Positions 50,884-64,000 of a DNA stretch of 64,000 nt are shown piece by piece. Positions within the stretch are counted from its first letter, which is position 1, and each line of letters opens with the position of its first letter. The DNA comes from the human T2T-CHM13v2.0 reference genome, Homo sapiens, in the NCBI RefSeq assembly GCF_009914755.1, contig NC_060926.1. The stretch is one strand, 5' to 3'. The position numbers and the translations under genes are program-made. Under the pieces are notes generated by a model that was not told where the DNA came from, searched no databases, and saw only the letters and a list, made by a program, of their open reading frames with translations.

Positions 50884-51777
50884 TGTGACATAACAAAAAT
50901 TAAATGTTTGGTCTCTGCCCCTGGCTTCTGGCATACAGTGTCTAAAACCTTTGTAATTTCCTGACCAGTAGGGGTGCTGGATGTATCTTTTGTCCTAATA
51001 TTTGGTCTTTGACCCGGTTCCTGACACAGAGCTTCTATCCTTTAGGATTTTTTGGTTGATAGGAGCATCATTTATTATAATGAGGCAATTTTTGTGGGCT
51101 CCTAGATATGGGCTGATCACCAGAAACACCAAACTATAATTAGAAGCTTGAAACATTCAGCTCTTGCACCCGAACCTCTGGGAAGAAGAGAAGGGCTGGA
51201 GATTAAAAATCAAACATGCCTATGTGATGAAGTCGACATAGAAATCACTAAACTATGGGGTTCAGAGAGCTTACATGTTGGAGAACACATCTGCCTGCTG
51301 GGAGAGTGTGGCACAGAGGCTTCTATGTTTGGGGCCCTTCCAGACCTTGACCTAAATATCTCTTCCTCTGGCTGTTTAACTGTATCCTTAAAATACCCTT
51401 TGCAATAAATTAACACTAGTAAGTAAACTGTTTTCCTGGGTTCTGTGAAATGATGCTCTGGCAAATTATCAAATCTGAGGAGAGGGTCATGGGAACATCC
51501 AATTTGTAGCCAAGTCAGATAGAAGTCGTAGGTAACCTGGGGACTTACTAACTGCAGTTGGCACCTGAAGAGTAGAAGAAAGTCTTGTGAAACTGAGTTC
51601 GTAAACCATAGGGTCTGTGCTAACTCTGGTTGGTGTCAGAATTGAATTGGATTATAAGACATAGAGTTGGTGTCTGCAGAGAATTGGAGAATTGCTCGGT
51701 GTGGGGAAAATCCCACATTTGGTCACTGATGCATGGAGTGTGAATATAGAGAAAAACAGTTGTTTTTTTCCTATACA
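50884..51777 (+). mobile_element. MER21-type ERVL solo LTR
   Basis: TG...CA termini; 'ggtctttgacccggttcctgacacagagct', 'gtcagaattgaattg', 'aaaatcccacatttggtcac'; TSD aagct/aaggt. Confidence 0.85.
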
Positions 51778-52724
51778 AAGGTGTATAGCTCAAATCAAAG
51801 CAATGAGAAACCAGAATCAAGAAAGTCAATTAAGAGACTACTATAACAACACAGATACAATGTTATTAGGAGACACAAAATTTTAAGAAGAGAGAAAAAT
51901 TTCCTGGAGATGAAAAGAAACTATTACGTTGTGGGTAATATGATAATTCTGTTTTTGAAACACTGAGTTTCAGGTACATGGGGAATGCATGTGCAGGTTT
52001 ATCATAGGAATTTGAAAATTTGGGTCTGGAACTCAGGATAGCAGTAATGGCTGGAGGTATAGACATGCAGGTCACCTGTATAGAGGTGGTGGTTGAGTCA
52101 TAGAGGGAAAATGCCCACTGAAGAAGACAAAGAGGAGTGGAGGGTCCAGGTGGAAACCTGCATTAGGAGGATGAAGGAGGGAAGAGGGAGTTTTAAAAGG
52201 ATAGAAAAAATCCCAGCTGATAAATAGAAATGGAAGCAGGACCAATGCCTAAGGAGGAGAAAATTTCCATAGTTGTGGAATGAGGCAGAGAAGGCAAAGG
52301 GAATTAAGTTTGAGAACAATCTATGAGGTGCTAAATAATGAAAATTGTGGAAAATGGGGGAATAAATTATAAGAGAAGCTCAATAATGAAAGCCAGAAAA
52401 AAAAACCAAAAAACTAAACTTAGGCCAACTCTAAAATGCAGATGCACAATACAGGTTGCTGCCAAATTAACCCCCTTAAAATGCACCTTTGCACACCACC
52501 TTCCATTATCAAAAACAAACAGTGGTTCTTCATTAGGGTAGAATTCAGTATAGCTCTCCTTTTTCCATCACCCAAGGCCCTTCAACAATTGGGCCTTGCC
52601 TATTTCCTCTCTTCTATGCTCATAAGTGGACTACTCTAATCAAAATGGTCACTGTTGCCAGCTTAACTGATGTGTTTGTGGTCTGAGCACTACCACCATT
52701 GGCACTGAAGTTGACAATTTTTTA

Positions 52725-52890
52725 TGTCTTTCTTTCTTTTTTGGAGACAGGGTCCCTCACTCTCTCACCCAGGCTGGAGTGCAGTGACGCAAACATGGCT
52801 CACTGCAGGCTTGACCTCTTGGGCTCAAGCAATCCTCCGGCCTTGGCCTCCCAAAGTGCTGGGATTACAGGGGTGAGCTGCTTTCTCTTA
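52725..52890 (-). mobile_element. Internally deleted AluJ/FLAM-like monomer
   Basis: 'gagacagggtccctcactctctcacccaggctggagtgcagtg...ggcctcccaaagtgctgggattacagg'. Confidence 0.85.
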
Positions 52891-53807
52891 AGCCTAAAAT
52901 TTTAACTCTCCTTTTCTCCATATCATGTTTTCCCAGGAAGACTTTCCCTCTTGCGCTGGCTCTGGGAAGATTACTTCTGTTATCATTCATATGGTACCTA
53001 ATATTACAAGAGAAGAATGCTGATAGTACTAACTTTTGTCTGCTCTACTTATCCCATAATTCACCTATCTCAAACCAATTCATTTATCCAGTGTTTAGCT
53101 TCTATACCCATATTTCAGAAATGTATTGAATAAAGATGCACAATTAGTTCATTTTAATGTCTCTTAGTAAGGTGATGTCCTTAATTGCACTCAGCAGGCC
53201 TTTGTATCTCCCCTTTAGTTCAGTTCCCTTCTCCTTAGCTTCTTTGAATTATCAACCACTTTTTGGCTTCATAGGTCATGAGTTCCTTCAGGTTTCCCTC
53301 CTGCCCCTAAGGTATAAACTTCTCTATATCCACAACCTTCGATAAGCCTTTTCCTAGGGGAAGAACTTAGTTTTCTCCTAACTTGCTCTAGGTCTCAGGT
53401 TCTCCAGCTTTTACCAATTATCTTTTATTAACCAACTTTTCATCCTTTTCAAACTCTCACCTTCTCTTTCTTCCTTTCAAAGCAAGTTTCTTGAAAGAAT
53501 AATCTATACTCTTTCTTCACTTTCTCTCCTTCATTCAGGTCTCAATCCATTGTAATCTGGCTTCTGTCCCACTATCTTTTGAATCTCTTTTCATCAGGGT
53601 CACTAGCTACTTTCTGATTCTCAAGTCCAGTGACCGTGTTGATGTTTCTCTGACATTTAACAGTTGACCACATGTTTTTAAGAGGGCTCTGTAGTGTTAC
53701 AACACATTTTTTCTTGCATCTCCCATCAGGTCTAGGGCTCCTCTTTCATTTGTGCTGTTTCTTAGCCTCCTGTTTTGACTATCCTTTTCCCTGTGAATCC
53801 TGTTAAC

Positions 53808-54150
53808 TCAAGGGTTTCCATTTTGACCATTAGAATTACCTAGGCTGTGTTTTAAAAATATTAGTGCATGAGACCCACCTCCAGAGATTCTAGCTGAATG
53901 GGACTGGAATGGAGCCAAGGCAGCACTTTTTCCAAGCTCCCTGAATGATTCTAATGTGTACCTGTGGTTAAAAGCCACTGTCTTAACTCATGGTTCCCAA
54001 TTTTGTCTCTTCAGAAGATCACTTGGGGTAGGTAAACATAAACATACCCAGATCCCTCCTTTTTGACGTTCTAGTTGACTAGGCCAAAACTCAGAAACCA
54101 AAAAGTTACCAGACACTCTCCCTTCTACACACATCCACTGGGCAACACTT
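53808..54150. mobile_element. MER5-type hAT MITEs (two adjacent)
   Basis: 'cccacctccagagattct...aagctccctgaatgattctaatgtg...aaagccactg', followed by a second 'catggttcccaa...gaagatcacttgggg'. Confidence 0.65.
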
Positions 54151-57100
54151 AGAGCCATAGCCTTTTGGAGCATCTACCATTTGCCAGAAAACTCACATTT
54201 TTTTCTCTCTCTCTGAAGCCTGTATGAAGTGTCCCTCAAGCTAAGAACTTTCTTAGAGTATTTTCCATATATCTATGACTTGTTTGTTTGTGTCTCCTTT
54301 ACTTAACTGTGAGTTCCTGCAGGGCAGGCAATCTGTCTTATTCATTTTTATATTTCACAGTGACCAGCAGCTGGTCCAGCACATATTAACTCCTAAATAA
54401 ACATATACATATATATTTTTGTGAAATAATGAATGAATAAACAAATTATTTTCACATACATAGTCGATTTCTAACACAAGATATAGAGGATGTTCTAAGC
54501 CTGTTTGTATTCTTGGCACTTAAGCAAATTAGGCTAAGTGTTCATGATGATGAATGAGAATTTTTGGCAATCTGTGTCTTTACCTATAGAATCCTTCTGT
54601 ATCCTTATGTGACTCATTTTTTGTTTTTATTTTTTTTCTTTCCCAGCTTCTTCTCTGTTGATACTGTTCCTAACTTGGCCAAATGAATTATACGCAATGT
54701 GGTATATATTTGTGATTCTCCTTTGTGGGAGGCAGAGTGCACATGGACTTTTGAGTCAAATATATTTGGACGTCTGTCTCTTTCCTTGTCATTTATATAA
54801 TGGGGATAAGACCTACTTGTGATGATTACAGATATGAGAAGCTCTGGACAGTTCTAATTTTTTTCTTATCAGTCACTGCTTTTATGTGAAAGATTATACA
54901 ATTTATATAAATCCAAGATACAGTTTTTCTTTAGCTTTTTCATTGCCCCCTCCATACACATGACTATATCTTCACTAATTCTTCCTTTTTCCCTCTGAAA
55001 TGTTGAAAATGTTGGGCCTCTCTTTCTATTCAAGCCTAAGGAATCCACCTGTGTCTTTAATCATGTTAACACTTTGTCTGCCTAGACAACTCTGATTCAT
55101 CCCTGAAAACCTTCCTGATACAGGGTTAGGCATTTCTTCCTCTGTATTAACTCTGTCTGGACAGGAGCATTTTTGTCTTTGCATAAGTCATAATGGACTG
55201 TAATTTTGTTGTATTCATTCTGTCCAATAGATTTCAAGATTCTCTAAGACCAAGATTTTTTTATCTTTCTCATTTCAGTGCACTGCTGAAATATGGACAC
55301 TTGATATTTGTGGAGTTGAATTTAGTGCCAAAACCAGACTTTCACTTCATCTCTACCCAAAACTCTTCCAAAATTCCATACCCTCACCATTGTTCAACAT
55401 TAACTTTGGAGTCAGAGAGCTCTAAGTTCAAACCTTGGCTGACTTTTTGTTTTCAACTACGAAATAGAGATTATATTGTACCAACTTACAATGCTGTTTG
55501 TGAAATTAAATGAAATAGTAGATATAAATAACTTAGCATGATGAACACTCAATACCTGGTGATAATATGAAGGTCATCATAATTATGGTAAGTTTATTTG
55601 GACCATTTACTCCAGGGTTCTACTAGTAAATTGCAGTACTGAAAATGCAGCTCTGTGTTAAGTAATCAGGCATTTTGAGTAAATCTAAACCTTTCCTGTT
55701 TGGCATTTTTATGACCAACTCTTAAATCCTCCTTCTCACCTTTCCATACTTCCCTGGAGGCTTCCCGACATGTGAGGGGGCTGAGTAATCCTTTCTGCAG
55801 ATAGCAAAATCTTATTTCAGGACTAAACCCATCATGCCCGACATTCCTGTTTACTTCATTCACTCCCAAGAGCTACAATTCGTCTCCCGTCACCTGAACT
55901 CTTTCATATTGCTTTGAACATCCCCTAATCTGGAACCACCTTCCACTCCTCCCCTCTCCCTCAAATCCTTCCAGTGGGCTCTCTGGAATTCCTGATAACT
56001 CATCTTAATTCTTCTTTAAGTGTTTCCATTACCTTCTTCCTATAATTAAAACCTGGTTGCACTTCCAATAGTGCTTTCCTTGTAGTCTCTAAACATGGTG
56101 AAATGTTTCTTTTTTTTATCTCACAAATCAGAAGATGTGGTAGACACTCTCCTTTGTTGCTTGTTGATATTTCCAAGTTAGTATTACCTCTTTCCACACA
56201 CACACACAAAAATCCTTGCTCTTTGAAGTTCATGCCATGTGGCAAACTCCTATCAATACCCCCATCTTATTGAAATCATCTGCGGACACTGAGGTCACAT
56301 CTCCTCATTCTGTGAAAATGTAGCAAGTAGCTCACTGACCCTTCACCAGTACTCTGCGATCATTCTTGGTGACTGTGATATCCATGTCGATTGACACTGT
56401 GGAAAATCCTTTTATTATCCTCATGCTCAGTGCCTTGACCTCCTGATGTCCAGTGATTTTGTTTCCACCTCCTTCAGCCACCTTCTCCCAGGTTATATCC
56501 TAGATCCTACTGTTGCCTAGTGCAGATCTCAACAACCTCCATTTGAAATATCCCACTTTGTGACCACCTCTTTTTGTTTATTTTCAGTTTCATCTCTTTC
56601 ATACACCATCCAAAGACGCGTCATTCTAGTGGTGAAAGAGATCCTAGCAACTTTAGCCTGTCTTTCATCCTTTTCACATTCTCACTTCCCTGCTCACCCA
56701 ATGTATTAAAATATGATCCATCGTGATATTGACAGCCTCACACAGTCCCCTAACACTGCTGCCTCTCTTCTTTATTGTATACTTGCCTGACAAAACGCCA
56801 CCTTCATTGAATTCAACTTTTGTTTGTTTTGTGCTTGGCTATGAGAAGCTGGACATGAATTGACAAAACATGTAACCATCCTGACTTCTGTGACTTGAAA
56901 TGTGTGACCACCACCTGAAGTGGGTTCATGGTGCTCCAACAATCCTATTACACATTGCAACTCAATTGGCCTCCCCACTTTCCAAAATGACTATTTCAAT
57001 ATTTATCCTTTCTCCTCAAAATCTAATTTCTGGGTTTTTTGTTAATCTATTCTCAACACAACAGCAAAGTCAATTTGGTTAAAACATAGATCAGTTTATT

Positions 57101-57367
57101 TCACTGTTCTGCTCAACAAAACTTCATGGCATCCTATATCACTTGGGAAAAAAAGTCCTAGTGGCTTCAAAGATTCTGCTCTGACCTGCCCATGGCCAAC
57201 TGAGAAACCACTCCCCAATGATTACACTGCTCCAACCACTCCTGCCAGGCACACTCGCCTCAGGGCCTTTGTACTTGCTGGTCTCTCTGCCTGAAAAGGT
57301 GCTCCTCTAAACATCACAGCGGTTGGTTCCCTACTATATTTTGGTCTCTTCTAAAATGTCACCTACC

Positions 57368-57548
57368 CAGACTGGGCAACATAGTGAGATCCCGTCTCTA
57401 CAAAATGTAAAAATAAAACAGAGTAAAAAATTAGCCACGTATGATAGTGCCCGCTTGTAGCTGCAGCTACTCAGGAGACTGAGGCAGGAAGATCACTTGA
57501 GCCCAGGAATTTGAGGCTGCATCTCTAAAAATAAATAAATAAATAAAT
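57368..57548 (+). mobile_element. Partial AluJ
   Basis: 'cagactgggcaacatagtgagatcccgtctctacaaaa...gatcacttgagcccaggaatttgaggctgca', then (aaat)n. Confidence 0.88.
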
Positions 57549-57553
57549 AGTGA

Positions 57554-57882
<329 letters not shown>

Positions 57883-59663
57883 CAGAAGAGGAGTTCTTAA
57901 AAATGGTTACAGCCTCTCTCTCCTCCTTGGTAGTCACTATCTAATCCATTAATCTGCTTTGTTTTTCCTTCATAATGGTTAATACCACCTGCCACATTAT
58001 GTATCATTTATTTGATTATTCTTTTTCTTCCCCACATAAAAGTAAAGCTCCATGGGACCAGGTACACAGTATCTGTTCTTTGTTGTTGTTTTTCTCTTTT
58101 CACTGCTATTTCATTAGTAGCTGGCTATATTTATTGCTCAATAAATATTTGTTGAATAAATAAACCCATCTTTTAAATGTCCACAGTGAGCAGCATCTGC
58201 ATATGCATTCCTAAAATCACTGAACACTTTGATCCACTACTTAAACCAAATCCCTAGCATAATAAATTGAGAATTTAGGCAAATAGGTTGGCAATAATCC
58301 TCTGTTGAATGCCTTTCCTCTGTCCTAGCACTCAATTTATTGACTCACTTTTCTAACTCTCTTCATTTCCCACAAAATGCAGGGTGGTTGAAGTCCAAAA
58401 TCAATAAAAATAAGCATGCTTAGAGCAGGAAAGAAGAAAAAAAGAGATAATAAAAGAAGAAAACATTTTAAAGGAACTCATACACACCTTGGAACTATAT
58501 TTGGGAAAAGAAGATCATGCAGAAGAATTTCGAAAGAAAACACCTCCACAAAAGTGCACCTTCTCTCTCCCTCTGTTTTCTCCGTAAGATATTCTAATAT
58601 AATTATTGCTTGGGCCGGACTGTGCTCTGTCACGCAAAACAAAGGACAAGCCTCTTAGCTTCAGCTTCTAGTTATTTGAGCCCAGATAAAGACAAACAGG
58701 ATAGGCCAAAGGCAAATTGTCAAGTGGAAAAACTTGGCTTATGTCTGGACATTCCCTTTTCCCTGCTCTCTCCTGACTTAGAGATACCCACCCACCTCCA
58801 CCCTTAGTGCCCAGTACTCACCTGCTCTAAAATCTCTCTTCTATCAGAAATAGAAAGCATGTTTTACAATATTTATCTCTGTAGCCAGGTTTCAATTTCA
58901 CTTTTACTGCATTTAAATAATAAAAACAATGTCAGATTTTTTTTTAATTAACTGATTTGATGTTTCCACTGAAGCAAGGCAGAATAGACTGAATCCAGCC
59001 CAGGAGGCTCAGGCCAACCCAGTATCTTTAAGTAGTATTTCACATACATACTCAGTGTCTGCAGGTAAAGTGCCCAGTCTCATATTTTCTTCCTCCTTGG
59101 CATGGAGGTGTTTGTGACCCCATGACCTAAGGGGTGAAGAGGAACCCAATCCTAGCATTTTTCTCTGCATTTTCACATTTTCTGACATCAGAGTAACTCC
59201 CTTGTTCTGTTCTTTGGGTTGGTAACTGTTGAGTTTGAAAGGCCCATCTGCCTTTGGCTGGGGATGATGAGTGGTACCTACTGCTGGGGTCTGTGTCTCA
59301 ACTTCCTGCCTGCTGCCCCTCCTTTCTCTAACATTAGATCTCTGTACAAATTCATTGGCTCTCTCAGCAGCTCCATATTCCCTCAGACAGGAAGTGGAGA
59401 AGCAGAAGGACGACTGACTCAGGCTTCTCTCCCTATCCTGCTCCTAGCACCAGTCCAGCTCTCTAGCTCCTGGCCCTGCTGGGTGTGGGAATTGTCCTAG
59501 ATACTGACTGGCAGCTTCCCTAACATGCCCAAGAAGACATGCATGTTAGGTGATGCCAGGCTCTGGACAACAACAGTTAAGGATTTCTGAGGCTGAAAAT
59601 ACATTGACTTCTTATCTCCTAAATATTATCTCTATTACACATTAGGAACCTCATTCCTATTAA

Positions 59664-62520
<2,857 letters not shown>

Positions 62521-62539
62521 AAAGTTTTTATTCTAATTT

Positions 62540-64000
62540 ATTCATTTGACGTTTTCCAAATTATAAAACCAATATCTAACTGTGGTAACAAGATAAACAA
62601 TATAAAGAGGGTTTATAAAATTATTTTTATCTTTTCTCACTTAATTTCCTCTCCTACACACACATACACACCCTATACACGCACTCACCCATATACACCT
62701 GTGCATATACAGCCACATATACACACAGAAGGCTTTGGTTTCCTTTAAATAAAACATCAAAATGGCATCATATTCTCTTACCCTGGGTGTCCTTTTATTC
62801 AGTTAACAATATATTATGGCCACCCAAAAATATGTAGGAATTAACTAAACTCTGTTTTTTCTAATAAATAATATGTGAACACAAAATAACATATCCTCAT
62901 ATGCACACATATAATATTATATATAAATAGAACTATATTGTATTATTTTAAAAGGTAGTCATTTTCTTTATTCTTCACTCCACTGTCCTCTTATCCTTCT
63001 GTCAACCTGTACACTGCCATATCCTCTAATCTGCATCTGCTCTGGCAAAACCAAGATAAGTAGTTAATAATTCAGGTGGATGTTTTATATCATTAATGCT
63101 CTAATCATTTAGTTATATATTAAGAGTGATGGAACAGGCCCTGGGGTGCCTGTAAAGAACAATCTTAAATACTGGAGTTGAAAATACAGGGCATTTACTT
63201 GTTTGTGGTGTTGTTTAAAAGAAAATTCAAACCTATTATAATGTAATGTGACTTGACACCTTGTTTTTGTCTCTGATCATGGAAAACTCTGAGTAAACTG
63301 TAACCGTTCTAATTCATTTCTCTTGGTGGCTGCATGATATTCCAAGGTGTGAAGTTTTGGTTTGAGAACTTTACTATTTTGAATAATGCTGTTTTAAACA
63401 TTCTTCTACATCTACCCTTTCATATTTATGGGTGAGTTTCCTATGGGTTATATTACTAGATCAAAGGGAATTTTAAATTTTCATAGATTTTCCCAGATTG
63501 TTATTTCAAAGAGGTTATAGCAACACTTTCACTATCAATGCATAGAAGAATACTTTTCTGCAAATCTCTATGAAAAATGGCTAATACATTTTTAAATGTT
63601 CCAGTTGGCTGTGTATAAAATCATATAATTGTCATTTTAATTTTAATTTCCCTGTTTACTTGGAAGTCTAGGAACCTTTTCATATGTTAACAGGTCACTG
63701 GCACTTGCCCTTTTGTAAAAACTCTAGTCATATATTTTGCTCATATTTCCACCTAGTTATTTATATATTTTCCACTTTTATTACTTTTTAAGAATTCTTT
63801 TTCTATTATGGCTCAATTTTCCCAAATCTATCACTTGACTTTTACTTTATGTTGAATTCTTGCTCAGAGAGCTCATATAGTGCTCATTAGGGTCATTCAC
63901 TGGTTCCTTGTTTTATCTATTTGGAGAGGTCATAGTTCCTCCTTGTTTGCTGTTGTTTCTTGTGGGTGTACATTTATGTATTTGCATTGAATGATTAGTT
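62540..64000 (-). mobile_element. Old L1M(E) fragments
   Basis: 'tgaataatgctgttttaaacattctt', 'cattttaattttaatttccctg', 'ggaacctttcatatgtt'-like antisense L1 motifs. Confidence 0.6.

Overview
This is primate (human or ape-like) genomic DNA, AT-rich and dominated by interspersed repeats: Alu J/S, one 5'-truncated L1PA, old L1M, L2, CR1/L3, MIR, THE1/MST/MLT1 LTRs, two decayed LTR16-type ERVL proviral remnants, a near-full-length Tigger1, MER1, MER45 and MER5. The only convincing host coding sequence is an intronless 404-codon ORF (32954-34168, +) inside an isolated CpG island. It encodes a PC-esterase/SGNH protein of the PCED1 (FAM113) family, closest to PCED1B but clearly distinct from both PCED1A and PCED1B as I recall them. 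It has a perfect Kozak start, intact GDS and DGVH catalytic motifs, an Arg-rich tail, and a CATAAA signal followed by a genomic A25 tract. It therefore looks like a possibly functional retrogene (a third PCED1 paralogue, perhaps the locus catalogued as pseudogene PCED1CP). Upstream lie an unexplained ~51-bp degenerate tandem array and a 27-bp repeat/palindrome built from nuclear-receptor half-sites. Several short local duplications and perfect hairpins occur elsewhere. Repeat subfamily names and paralogue comparisons come from recall of consensus sequences, not database searches, and boundaries without TSDs are approximate.
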